Of a stretch of 64,000 nucleotides of DNA, positions 25,201 through 39,302 are shown piece after piece. Source of the DNA: Hormiphora californensis (lineage: Eukaryota; Animalia; Ctenophora); the NCBI GenBank assembly GCA_020137815.1, contig CM035358.1:7254001-7318000 (forward strand). Direction: 5' to 3'. Below the pieces are notes generated by a model. That model saw nothing but the letters and a program-made list of their open reading frames with translations, was not told where the DNA came from and ran no database searches. Numbering within the stretch: the first letter of the stretch is position 1; every line of letters starts with the position of its first letter. The translations under genes were made by a program, and so were the position numbers.

Positions 25201-28200
25201 CTTGTCATCCTCAGAAGAAGATGAAGAGTCCCGTTTGAACCCTGGGAGTCCAAAGCTGGGGAACTCAAACTTGCTGGATTCATCCTCTGGCTCCTCCTTC
25301 TTTTCTTCCTTCTTTTCTTCTTTCTTTTCCTCTTTTTTAGGAGGAGGTCGAGGTTTGGGGGCCTTTTTAGGTTGTTTACCATCTTCCGATGCCCTTCGTG
25401 GACGATACGTCCATTCTATCTTGGGCTCAATGGGCTCAGGAGTTTTCTCCTTCTCCTCTCCACCTCCAAACTTGGGCAGGTTTATATCAAACTTGGGCAG
25501 TTTGAACCCACTCTCTGAGTCAGAAGACTCTTGTTTCTTCTCCCCATCACATTTACAGCAGGGCTTGATAAGATCCACCTGGATCTCAACAGTCCGAGTT
25601 TTAACAGGTCTCTTAGCAACGTACACATTAGGAGGAGTGTCCTCACTACTACTACTGCTGACTGAATCCCCTCCTATCACTTTATCCATCATCACCTTGA
25701 CACTCATGTTAGGGGGCTCTGGGGAGGGGGTCTTCTTCACCTTGGTAGGTTCAGGAGTAGGTATTGTAGATGCGGACATGCTGCGTCGTCTGAAGAAGTG
25801 AAGTCTGTTCTCGAATGTTTCATGGACAGTGGTGGAGCTTGAGCTGGAACTCTCTCTTGGAACATCTATCTTCAAACTGTTTCTTGTGGTGTGCTCGCTA
25901 ACAGTGCTCTCTTTGTAGATTATAGGAGCAGGTTCAGGAGCAGCAGCTGGTTTCTCTTGTTCCTGTTGATCCCGGAACCGCTCCGACCACTGTCTGTTTA
26001 GTTCCTTCCTCCTGGCGAGCCTGTCCGCTAGGGGTTCCTCTACCTCTGTCTCACTTGAAGAAGAGGAGGAGGGTTGTTTGGGAGGAGGGTCTGGGGTGGG
26101 GACCATTACAAAGGATGTCTGTTTGGAACTACTGCTGCTGCTTTTAGATCGGTCTGGCAGGTATCTGTCGAGTGATACCCTGGTGGGGGAAAGGGGGAGA
26201 ATTAGAGAGATGGTAAACACTTTAGATAGCCTATCACAAAACTAGATATATATCCTTAATCTACATCTAGATACATCTTTATCTTATCTCTCTTATCTTA
26301 TATCTCTTATCTTATCTTATCCTATCTTATCTTATCTCGACTTCAATCTCCTTCCTATACCTCTTATCTTTAACAGTGGTACTATCCTCCTCACTGGACG
26401 GGCTCTGTTTCCTCACATCTTCATACTCGTCATCTACCAGATCGATCTGTCTCTGTACGTGACTGTCGTACGTGACCCCAGTAGTCACGTGACTGTGCTC
26501 AGTGCGTGACGTCACAGGGTCTTGATCCTCCTCGTTCTTCAGCCAGCTGTTCCATCTGTTCTCAAATGCTGCCCTCCTTTCATGCCTCTCACGTGTTAGT
26601 TTAGTGTTTGTTGAAGTGGAGGAGGAAGAGGAGGAAGGTTGTTTTGGAGGTGGGGTTGGTTGTTTAGGGGGAGACACGCTCCTTGACTTCCTCTTCTTCT
26701 TTGAAGATGAAGAAGATGAAGAAGATGAACTACTAGATGAACTAGATGATTTGTTAACTGTGGAGTATTCTGGTTCTTCCTGTGTCCCAGGAAGGAAGTT
26801 GTTTGGCCACCTTGCTATCGGAGGGGGTTCATTCTGTGTTACTGTCGGTACTGTCAGTGTAACTGGTTCTGATCTGTCGTCTACTATGTCAACTCTAGAA
26901 TAGCATTGATTCAGAAACAAAGTAATGAAGTAACAGACAAACAAACAGACAGACTTTTTCGATCAATCTATATATGGACAACTAATTTAAATGTATACCT
27001 ATTTTAAGCCCTGATAAATTACACTAGTTCTAAACGACTTACCGAAAAGCACTCCCAGGGACATGAGTATCACCGTATTTCACTGCAATAATGTGAGGTC
27101 CCTCTTCTGATGGGGTGTATATCACCTCGTACTTGCCATCACCTGGGGGTGGTTACCATGGTTACAATAAGTAGGAGTTACCATCGTTACCATGGCTACA
27201 AAATACAACAAGTGATGGATAGTATATCAGGTCGGGGAAAGAAACTCCTTGGATTCAACCCTTCCCCTAAGGCGCGGCAGAAGAAGATAACAACCCAGTG
27301 ACTACCCATGACTAATAAATTTACAACTCACCAACTTCAATGGTATCTGCCTCAACGGGGTTCTTTGGACCCCTGACCTTAATGTCCAGAACCCCAGGCC
27401 CTGCTGCTGTGGTATCAACATTAAACCGTGCAGTCTGCCCAACCTGACCCTCTTTCAACCCATCTCCCTCGCATACCACAGCCTTGGGGTTGGACTTGGG
27501 CCTGCAGGAGTGATAGAAGGGCGTTAGAGTGAGAGTAACTGAGTGGGGTGGGTGGGGTGCCATAGTGACATTTGGCAACCCCCACACCTCAAGTATTTAG
27601 TGCAAACCATCTACCAAGATGATGACCAGGCGATGCGTTCTCTTACTTTTTAGGCCCGAATCCGAAGGACACCTTTCTCCCTTTCTTGCCCATACCGGGC
27701 TCAATTAGCAAAACAACTAACTAATTAATTGACTAATTAACCAAAAAACAGGTCAAGTGTGTAATGTACCAATATGGTTTCGCCAGTCAAAACAAATGTG
27801 CAACAGGGTTCAAGTTGTGTATGTGGAGGAGCACGTTCAACATGATCTCTGTGTCATGTGGAGATATGGGTCAACCAATCATAGCACAGTATTCAGGTCA
27901 CGTGACTGGCTGTTAGCCAATCAAAATGCAGGAAATGGGTCACGTGGTAATGTGTCAGCTGAGCGAGGTAACAAGCCCCTTCAAATGGAGGGTGGGTGGT
28001 TACATGTAAGCCCCTTGTGCAGAGTCCCATGATATATGCTCCCCCTGTGTCTGCAGATACAGGGAGGAGTCATGGGACTGATCGTAATGTGTTGGATTCT
28101 AGCAGAGGTGGGTCATGCTGTGGTTATAGAGATCGATCTAAGAGTGCAGTTGCAGGGGATATTGTGAATGGTGTTCTGGGTTATGAGATTGTCAAATTTC

Positions 28201-31200
28201 AACATTATATTGGCAGATATTATATTACATGAAAAACTACCTTCAAACCGATCTAATCGCTCAAAACACGACCACAAACACTACCAGCTACACGACACAG
28301 TACTTACACGACTTTGATGGTGACGGGGGTTGCAGGAACCGGTTGATCTTGGAATGTCAGTGCTATAACGTGGTCTCCTTCGGTAGTAGGGGTGAAACAC
28401 ACTTTCATATTGCCCGGAGAGACCTATAATAGAGAGAGGGAGAGGGGGTGAAACACACTTTCATATTGCCCGGAGAGACCTATAATAGAGAGAGGGAGAG
28501 GGGGTGAAACACACTTTCATATTGCCCGGAGAGACCTATAATAGAGAGAGGGAGAGGGGGTGAAACACACTTTCATATTGCCCGGAGAGACCTATAATAG
28601 AGAGAGGGAGAGGGGGTGAAACACACTTTCATATTGCCCGGAGAGACCTATAATAGAGAGAGGGAGAGGGGGTGAAACACACTTTCATATTGCCCGGAGA
28701 GACCTATAATAGAGAGAGGGAGAGGGGGTGAAACACACTTTCATATTGCCCGGAGAGACCTATAATAGAGAGAGGGAGAGGGGGTGAAACACACTTTCAT
28801 ATTGCCCGGAGAGACCTATAATAGAGAGAGGGAGAGGGGGTGAAACACACTTTCATATTGCCCGGAGAGACCTATAATAGAGAGAGGGAGAGGGGGTGAA
28901 ACACACTTTCATATTGCCCGGAGAGACCTATAATAGAGAGAGGGAGAGGGGGTGAAACACACTTTCATATTGCCCGGAGAGACCTATAATAGAGAGAGGG
29001 AGAGGGGGTGAAACACACTTTCATATTGCCCGGAGAGACCTATAATAGAGAGAGGGAGAGGGGGTGAAACACACTTTCATATTGCCCGGAGAGACCTATA
29101 ATAGAGAGAGGGAGAGGGGGTGAAACACACTTTCATATTGCCCGGAGAGACCTATAATAGAGAGAGGGAGAGGGGGTGAAACACACTTTCATATTGCCCG
29201 GAGAGACCTATAATAGAGAGAGGGAGAGGGGGTGAAACACACTTTCATATTGCCCGGAGAGACCTATAATAGAGAGAGGGAGAGGGGGTGAAACACACTT
29301 TCATATTGCCCGGAGAGACCTATAATAGAGAGAGGGAGAGGGGGTGAAACACACTTTCATATTGCCCGGAGAGACCTATAATAGAGAGAGGGAGAGGGGG
29401 TGAAACACACTTTCATATTGCCCGGAGAGACCTATAATAGAGAGAGGGAGAGGGGGTGAAACACACTTTCATATTGCCCGGAGAGACCTATAATAGAGAG
29501 AGGGAGAGGGGGTGAAACACACTTTCATATTGCCCGGAGAGACCTATAATAGAGAGAGGGAGAGGGGGTGAAACACACTTTCATATTGCCCGGAGAGACC
29601 TATAATAGAGAGAGGGAGAGGGGGTGAAACACACTTTCATATTGCCCGGAGAGACCTATAATAGAGAGAGGGAGAGGGGGTGAAACACACTTTCATATTG
29701 CCCGGAGAGACCTATAATAGAGAGAGGGAGAGGGGGTGAAACACACTTTCATATTGCCCGGAGAGACCTATAATAGAGAGAGGGAGAGGGGGTGAAACAC
29801 ACTTTCATATTGCCCGGAGAGACCTATAATAGAGAGAGGGAGAGGGGGTGAAACACACTTTCATATTGCCCGGAGAGACCTATAATAGAGAGAGGGAGAG
29901 GGGGTGAAACACACTTTCATATTGCCCGGAGAGACCTATAATAGAGAGAGGGAGAGGGGGTGAAACACACTTTCATATTGCCCGGAGAGACCTATAGAGA
30001 GAGGGAGAGGGGGTGAAACACACTTTCATATTGCCCGGTGAGACCTATAATAGAGAGAGGGAGAGGGGGTGAAACACACTTTCATATTGCCCGGAGAGAC
30101 CTATAATAGAGAGAGGGAGAGGGGGTGAAACACACTTTCATATTGCCCGGAGAGACCTATAATAGAGAGAGGGAGAGGGGGTGAAACACACTTTCATATT
30201 GCCCGGTGAGACCTATAATAGAGAGAGGGAGAGGGGGTGAAACACACTTTCATATTGCCCGGTGAGACCTATAGAGAGAGGGAGAGGGGGTGAAACACAC
30301 TTTCATATTGCCCGGTGAGACCTATAGAGAGAGGGAGAGGGGGTGAAACACACTTTCATATTGCCAGGAGAGACCTATAGAGAGAGGGAGAGGGGGTGAA
30401 ACACACTTTCATATTGCCCGGAGAGACCTGCAGTACAATAGTGGAGTGAGAGATATGAAAATGAGACTGAAAGATCTTGCAAATGTGGAGTGAGAGATAT
30501 GAGAATGGGAGATGTGGATGTAGAGAGAGATATAGCTCGAGATGAATAGAGACGTTTCACATCTAGATTCTAGAGTAAAGGGAACATGCGAGAGACATGT
30601 TTCACAGCTTTACTCTAGATTCTAGAGCAACCTAGGTCCAGGGGGAGGGGGCAATCGGAGCACCGGGGAGAGAGAAACATGTTTCCTACCTACCTCTTTA
30701 GCGGCGCAGTCCCCTCCACTACCAGGTGGGGCTGATAGTTGAATCCCAAGATTCCCTGGCCCTGCCTCCCCAACCCCAACATCAACCTCCACAGGTTCAC
30801 CAACCTTCCACACTTGTGAGTCTGCAGGAGAGATATTGGATGTTACTACCAGTACCATATTAGGGCATAGTGGCACATTACCATATTAGGGCATACACCG
30901 ACCTTCAATAGTACTTGACAGCACCCGAGCACAAATTGTAAATTCAACATTTTTAGGCAACATGATATGTATCAATGATATGTATCAATCAGCTGTCAAC
31001 TAGAATCAGCTTCAACTAGAATTAGAATCAGTGTCTCAGCTGTATTACACATGGATCAAGTTGGATTCTGAGTAACAATATCACACGAGATATCTACAAC
31101 ACACGTGTCGTGACGTAGCAGACACATATAGAAATTATATTGTGATGTGATTGTTATAGTACGACGATAGAGATCTATACCTAGGTCAAGAAAGAGAACC

Positions 31201-34200
31201 ATTACCAACCACTTTTTACCATTCAAATCTAAAATTAATTAGTACCCAGTAGATACGGGGAGTTGTCGCCATTCAAAGAGAAGTCATTTATTGATCACTT
31301 ACCATCAACTGATACAGTGACCTTGGTGGGGTCGATAGCGTGAACATTGAACACACTGCCAGGTGCGTGTTGATCAGCTACCTTTATAGACACCTTCAGT
31401 GGTCCAACACGGGTTGGGGTGTAGGTAGCAGTGAACTTATCTTCACCTGAGAGTGGGACACATATTAGAGGTTAGTAAATAGTAATGGTAGTAGGATACT
31501 GCTGTCATGTGTTTTGGAAACACTTTGATGGCCAAAGGGGTGGCTTAGTAAAGGAAGTCATCAGGTGTCACCGTGAAAATCAGCTACTTTGGAAACATTT
31601 TGTATAGGAATGGGACATATGGCTCCTGGATGTTCTAACACAGATGCTAATATCTCGTACCCTTGTTTTCAATGATGACCTCCAGTGGTTTCCCATCAGC
31701 CGCCACAACCTCAACACCCAAATCATCACTACCAACCCTGCAGGGGGGAATAGGAATATTAGTAGGTGGTGGTTTGGAGAACTGATCCTAAAATAATTCA
31801 CAGCATGGAAAGAAAGTGGTAGAAAGAGATATTATAAGGCATAAAATCAATGTCCTCTATAGGATCTGCACAGAATTCGAACTAAAGGTCCCAGCTTTAA
31901 CACAATACGTACTTGCTGCAGTCGACTGTTATCTGGGTTGGTTGTCCCACAATGGGGTTACCAACAGGTCCAACTACACACGCCATAACATTGATAGGAG
32001 CAGTAACCTGAGTACAGGATAATATCTTGTTTTTAGATTTGGACGTTAATGGCTCTCGACCGGGCCATGGGCTGTCATCATGGTCTACTACTCATTACCG
32101 GTACATCAATATCTCCTCAGGACTGTTCCTCACTCCATTGACTCTTGGTTTCAGGTGTTTTAGGATGAATGAGACCCTCTTTTCCTGGTACAATATCACC
32201 CATAGTAACTGTTATGGTCCCACTTACCATCAACTACATCCACCTTGTGATGAGATATCCAGGATGTATTAGGAGTGAATGAGACCTGCTTGTTTCTGTC
32301 ATCTCACAAATATTTAAATTTTCGAGGACGAGGTACAATCAAACATCAGAGTCAACGTAAAGCACTACCTTTAGATCCCATTCAGCGCCGATGTGTTACA
32401 CAATGGGTTGTCTCCTTCCCTGCTCACCAACATTTTTAAGCCCTCAAGGTCCCCAATGGTAACTTTCAGAGGTCCAGATGGCAAAACATCACAGAGAGCA
32501 TCCTCGCAACCTGAAGACGGTGATAGGTCCCCGTTGAGGAGTGTATTGGGTGTGAACATCAAATTATCCGTCCATTGGTTCACCGAACCTTTCGGTTTAG
32601 CTACATCAGTCCCCAATAGTAACGTTTCAGAGGTCCATTATATCATACAGAATGAGACCCATAGCCGTCTGAGGTCCGTATTGAACTGTTATTAGGAATG
32701 CCATCACTCCGTTCCTCTGCAAATTTAACGCTGACCAGAACAGGCCCAACTTTATCAGGTACATATGACACAGTGTACTTTCAGCCCCTCCTTGTCCATA
32801 TCTACTGGTATCTTAGTGCCACCCGCCCCCTACTATCGTCACCTCTAGGTCACCTGTAGTGAGAGAGAACCATGGTAACCATGGTAATCAGGAGGGTAAC
32901 ATACAGCTTGGTAACACATCTTAGGTAACTATAGAAACACAACTCCAAACTCACCATCTCCTGCATTGGTAGCGTCTGCTGTGAAGGATGTGGGTTTATT
33001 GACAATGGCAGTCTTCAGCCCATCGCCAGAGAGCTCTAGTTTGGAGGAGTCAGCCGGGGAATAAACCTGATCGGGGGAGAGTGTTTTTTGTTGTTAGAGG
33101 GACTTGTTGTTGTGTTGGTGACGCAGTCACCCCTACACTAGCCGTGCGCACTGCGCAGCGCGGCTAAACGAAGCCTGCGAAGGGGATGGCATCACCAAGT
33201 TATTGTGTGTGTTGTTCACTCCAAAAAGCACAGAATGAACTACATGGAACTAGATAGGTACAAGTTACTGGACTCACCTTCACATTGAACTGTCCCTGGG
33301 GTACCTCCTTGGTGTTGTATGTCACAGAGATCTTGTGGACTCCGGGAGTGGTAGGGGTAAACAGCACCTGTGTGGAATACATTTGATTTGAGCTCTGTTT
33401 CACATGATATCAGATAGATGCAGACCCTTTTTTATAGTAATTTATAGGGGGTTACGGTTAGTTAGGGTCAATGTGTCCAAGGAGCACACAAGACTAAGGA
33501 TTATTTTTAAAGTAGAATCCCCAATTACCTTGGTAACGTCCCCATTTTTCCACAACTCAGGTTCCACCTTTGTACCACTTTCATCCAATATCTCTACACC
33601 AAGCCTTCCAAACCCAGCACCTATAATAAGATGGATACAAGTTATATCTAGTATATTCTTTCTGATAGGATGCAGTTTCTGTTTCTTTAATTCCATGTCT
33701 AATTCCTATACCTGTAGTGTCTACAGAGAAGTGAGTTGGTTTGTTGACCCAAGCGTCTCCCTCTGGGCCAATAATCTGCACCTTTAGAGGATCAACAGGG
33801 GCTACATCTGAGAGGGATGTATAGTTCTTGAATAGGGGGAGTTTTCTATTAAATCAAACCGTGGTTGTTTATGTGAACGGCTGTTTTTTCTTTTTGAAAA
33901 AGCTTTATATTGAAGTTTAGCATTTTAAGAACTCATGGTTACACTAACCTATCTTTTTATCAGCCTTCATTAACATTGAGACATAGGTAATAACGGATAG
34001 TTCATCAATTTCCTGATGAGTCAGATCTTCAGCCTCCAAAATCTGATGAGAAATGGTTAACAATTAACATAAATACGAGTTAGCAATGGAATTAGAAGCA
34101 GGAATTCAGTGGGTGGGATTCCTGGAGGTAAAAGAGCAGTGTTTCCAATCATGAAGAGACTAATGACTAAGTAGCTATACCTTGGGTACTCCTAAACCGA

Positions 34201-34716
34201 GTTCTGCTCTGTCAAGTCCAAGTTGAGCATTCTCCAGCTTGTTCTTGGGATCTAAACTAGCATACTCAGGACATAGACCAGGAACAATTGATTCCACCAA
34301 ACTACACAGAGCAATACCGTCATTCCAGTCAGTAGTGAAATTGTTCACTTTCTTATCTGAGGAAGACATCATGTGTCAGTGGGCCGTGGGGAAGTTGAAC
34401 CGGAAACCGGATATAATTTTCAATTTCAGCCGGAATTCGTCCCGCCAAAATCCTCAAATCTGTGAATGTCAGAGTCTCGCGCCAGGCATGGTTTGAGTTG
34501 CGCGCGCTCTTGTCTACATTCCACTCCCCGCGCCCTCCGTCTATTTACCTCCAGGTAGATTCATTTGACCCAGTTTTTCAGTAACCAGGTTTTGAACGTG
34601 TTGTTTCGCTGTCACTTTGGGTTTCCCATCAGTAGGCTGATCGTGATGACCAAAACTCAGCTTTATCTGGGGTGGGAGGAGATTCAGAACATTGATTCTT
34701 GGTGGTGGTGGCCGGT

Positions 34717-34767
<51 letters not shown>

Positions 34768-37700
34768 TGTGTTCGTCAGGATCAGATGTAACATGTTCGT
34801 CAGGAGATGTTATCTCTCTTACCTGATAGTGCAAGATGAGAGTCCATATTAGTCCAAGGATCAGTTTTAGACTTCCGTAGTAGATATCATTAGATCCTGA
34901 AAGATATGCCCATATATGGTCAAATATGAAGGGGCAGCTCCTGCTGCATATGTTTGGGCCGGAATAAACAAACAAACAAAGAGGAGAGAGATAGAGGGAG
35001 AGAGAGGAAGGGATGGAGAGAGAGGGCGGTTCCTTTTATGATTTGAATGGAATGTGGGGCCTATGAACTGAAAAGAAAGAGAATGGGAAGATGTGATGAG
35101 GGAGTGTTTTCTTTTTCCACAATTGGACGCTTCCTGAGCCATCCAGAAGGGTGGGGGCACGTATTTAATGTGCACCTAAACAACCTGATGCCATCCTTTC
35201 CTGTATTTTATTTCAATTAGCATCACATTACATTTCAGAATTCAGTACATTTCAGGGGCTCTGCAGAGACTTCATGATTGATGTATGAAGATATATTGAT
35301 TATATTCTAGCATGCAGCAGGGATCATGTAGACCTTTACATAAACACTCACATTCCTATAATATCTACCCCCCCCCCCATATCATGGCCCTAATTTTATT
35401 TCCAGAAACTACTGCACCAGCAGTACATGTCATCTCCAATATCTTTTGCAATGTATGAGAACTGCTGTATCTCTTTCACGTCACATTATGCAATTCTCAC
35501 TCTTTCATCGTGTCACACCCATCTAGATCGTTGAGTCAATCTAGATGACGATCATCATATCCCCGGCACTTCAATAGTCTGCAATTACATGTCTAAAACA
35601 ACAGCTTGGAAGCACGATAATTGTAGGGAAACAGTAACAGGTGTCTTGACGTGTGATAAGTGGCTACCCGAAATGTAGAATTCAGAGACTAAATTATTCT
35701 TTGCCGTCCCCTTACAACACAAATTATCTTTGCAATATGGTGCAATAATAAAATGTCTTTATGCACATTGCACACGCCCCACTCAACCCCACTCACAATA
35801 TGGATCACTCTGATGTGACACACAGCTAGCTAGAGCTGTAAACAGAGTAGACGAAGACATTTGCTGAATTAGGTACTCTCGTAATTGGAGAGCTCCGACC
35901 CATATCTATACTATCTAAAGTTACACGACTGCAGGTTCACTTTCCACACACCCAGCACACTCGTATCTCTATTGTAACTTCAGTGGTTTCATTATTGTGT
36001 AACATTACATGGCTTTACATACACATGACTAGTCGAAACCACTGCATGGGGTGTGTAGTAGTAGTAGGGAGTGTGGTGTGGGGGTGTGGTGACTCGATCC
36101 GGCTGCTCTAAAGACTGACTCTTTCCCTCAATTTAGTTAGGTTGCTACACTATAACTACATGTAGGTTGCAGTAACCCAAGCTGCTGGGAGCTGCCTTGT
36201 TATAGGTCTTGAGAGTTAGGTCTTGAGAGTTAGGATCTGCCACCTGGTACACACAAACTAAATTGAGGCCATGTGTGTAAAGGACACGTTGCGGGTTATT
36301 ACAGTGTTGATTGAGAATTCAACCGTTATTTCTATCAAATATTGTGATGGTGATTCTAAGTTTGTCACAGTAGTAGGATGTGTGTAACACACTATAGTGT
36401 TACATTAGTCACATGTGTGTAACACACTAGTGTGTAGTGTTACATTAGTCATGTGCTCTTAGCACTTTCTCGGTGATAATGTAACTGATTTGTGTAACGC
36501 ATTAATCTCATTAGAAACTGGGTTTCCTCTGATCTGTAAAACACACACACCTGCTCACACATTGCAATGCAGAACTGGGTTTCTCCCATCTAATCTATAA
36601 CACACCCAATCATTCACATATCTACTCAGAACATGGCATTCACACACACCTTGGTCTCTATAATAAGTGAGTCGGGAGGGAATAAAGATTGGGAAATATG
36701 CTGCATCTGCTCTGCCGAACCCTCACATATCAATGCTTCATGATCTGGATAATCTAGGGACATGATTCATTCTGCAGTACTGAATCCCGGCAGTGCCAGG
36801 ATTAATATTTAAAAGTCCTGGTTAACATCATTATCAAAGCCTTCTTTTCTTATCCACGGTATGTTTAGGGTTACATAGAATTTTCTGCATATAATACTGA
36901 ATAGTTTGATGAATAGTAAAATCATAGCTAGTAGCAGAAATAGAGGACACATTCGACCCCCTTGGATCAGTTTTCTAGGAAGTAGAGACGTGAGGCGACA
37001 CGTCGCTTTAATATTACATTCCTGAAAGAAGAAAGCTTGTGATATTATATGACGCATGCCACCGTATGGTCTGCAAATCGTTTGATGTCAGAACTCAAAA
37101 CAGATTATCACATGATTTGAGATTTTCAAATCTGGAAATATCAACTAGAATATGGTGGCATATTCGTCTGGAACACTAACTCCCACTGTGTGTTGTAGGG
37201 TATGTTATACCAACACCCGTCACACCTGACCACCACCCAGGGCTGAGGGCAAGGTCAAAACTCACACACACATTACTGTAGTGCAGTTATATTATAGTAG
37301 TCATACTCCACTGCCTCTAGTAGTTGGAGGCCGGAGGGATCACACAGCTGCAGTAGGTACCTACACACGAACAACCACACATGAGAGGGGGGCTGTGAAA
37401 TGTGATATAAGGGTGCTAAAATGTTAGATCTTTGTCATTCTCTCCCTCTCTATTATTATTATTATTCTCTCTCACTCAGTCACTCACTGTCTCACTCTCT
37501 ATTGTAGATTCTTTCAGGTCAAAGAATATACAATTATTACATTATACATTCCCAACGGCTGACCCATAATCTTCGTCACCGAAACCCAAAATAGGCCAAA
37601 TTATTTCTAACCCTCCAATAGTTGAGGCGTGGTGATATAGCGTCGAGTAATCAACGAATAGTTACATCAACACATATGATACATCATTCCCCCACAATCA

Positions 37701-38103
37701 TGCCTTATATTACTGCCCCCCCCTCCACTATCCCCCAAATTTCATCAAACAATACACCTCATCTGCTGCAGAGATTGCAGTGTTTTTAACAACTCTCAAA
37801 TCAGAGTGTGTTAGAGTGTATCGGTGGGCATGGTGCAGATGAGACAACAACTCTCCCTCTCAAATTGTATCGGTTACCAGTTGTTACCTTGGTAACGCCC
37901 CCCCCCCCCCCCCCCAGTTAGGGAGAGTTTGGATGGTTCGGAATATATGAATGAGAGAGAAAGAGAGAGAAAGATAGAGAGAGGGAGAGAGATTGTGTTT
38001 GTAAAGGAAGGGACAAAGACCCCCTGTCTATCACATAGTCTTCACATCTCCTCATGGAATGAAATGATCGTGTGTTTGAACAAAAGTGAGTAAATAATGG
38101 GAT

Positions 38104-38137
<34 letters not shown>

Positions 38138-39269
38138 TAGATAGAGGGAGATAGAGGGAGATAGAGAGAGAGGTGGAGAGAGAGTAGGCGTAGATCGCGA
38201 TAGCGAGAGAGGGGGAGCGAGAGAGATAGAGGGAGAGAGCATCGCCGAGGCCCGGCAGAGCGAGCGCGCGGAGCGGAGAGTAGCAGGGGAGATAGAGATC
38301 GAGCGAGATAGAGAGATCTGCCTGGAGCTCGCGCGCCGCAGCTCTCTCTCTCTCTCTCGCCGCTCTCTCTTCTCTCTCTCTCTCTCTCTCCTCTTCTCGC
38401 TCTCTCCTCTCTCTCGCTCTCTCTCGCGCTCTCTCTCTTCTCTCTCTCTCTCTCTCGCTCTCTCTCTCTCTTCCTCTCTCTCTCTCTCTCTCTCTCTTTT
38501 CTCCCTCTTTTCCCTCCTTTTTCTCCCCTTCTTTCTCCCCTTTCTCTCTCTCTCTCCCCTCTCTATCTCTCTCTCTCTTCTCTCTCTCTCTCCTTCTTCT
38601 CCCCTTCTCTCCCCTTCCTCTCTTTTCTTCCTCTTTTCTCTCCTTTTCTTTCTCTTCTCTGGGGCTCCCCCTCTCTATCTCTTTTCCTCTCCTCTTTTCC
38701 CTTTTTCTCCCCCCTTTTCTTTTCCTCCCCCCCCCCCCCTCTTCTTTTTTCCCTCCTCCCCCCCTCATTTTTCTCTCTTCTCTCCCTTTTTTCTCCGTTC
38801 CTCCTTCTCTCTCGGGGGGAAAAAAAGGCCTTTTGTTTTTTCCCCCCCTTCCTTTTTTTCTCATCCCCCTGGGGAGTCCTTTCCGGGGGGGGCGTGACGC
38901 TTTTTTCCCTTTTAACCCCGACTCTCCTTCTTTTTTTAATTCCCTTTTTCCGTTTTTCTTTTTGGGAGTTCCCGGTTTCCCCCCCCCTCCCACCCCCCCC
39001 GGCTCGGGTTTTTTTTTTTTGGGTTCCCGGGGGCTTGCCCCCAAAAAACCAAACCCCCCCCTTTTTTTTTTAAAAATTTTTCCTTTTTCACCCCCTTTTT
39101 GGGTTTTTTTTTTCCCCCTTTTTTCCTTTTTTTTCCCCCTTTTTCTCTCCGTTTATCTCTCGTCTCCCCTTTCTCATAAAGAAACCGGAAGCAGCTGGTA
39201 TCATTTTCCCCTTTTGGCCCCAAAAAAATACCCCAAAACCCCCCCCGGGTTCAAACTTCGCCCAAAAAA

Positions 39270-39302
<33 letters not shown>

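Noticed and set aside
28389-30430. Array of alternative coding exons (Dscam-like)
   Set aside because: Units are near-identical, 56 bp (not a multiple of 3), lack a convincing donor and lead to stops
31913-32853. Frameshifts in filamin exons suggesting a pseudogene or programmed frameshifting
   Set aside because: Indels cluster in one short region and in homopolymers while over 20 other exons are intact and in phase; more likely consensus errors
34716-34765. Poly-Pro coding stretch / poly-G run
   Set aside because: Lies inside the intron between exons 34823 and 34666; the length is probably unreliable
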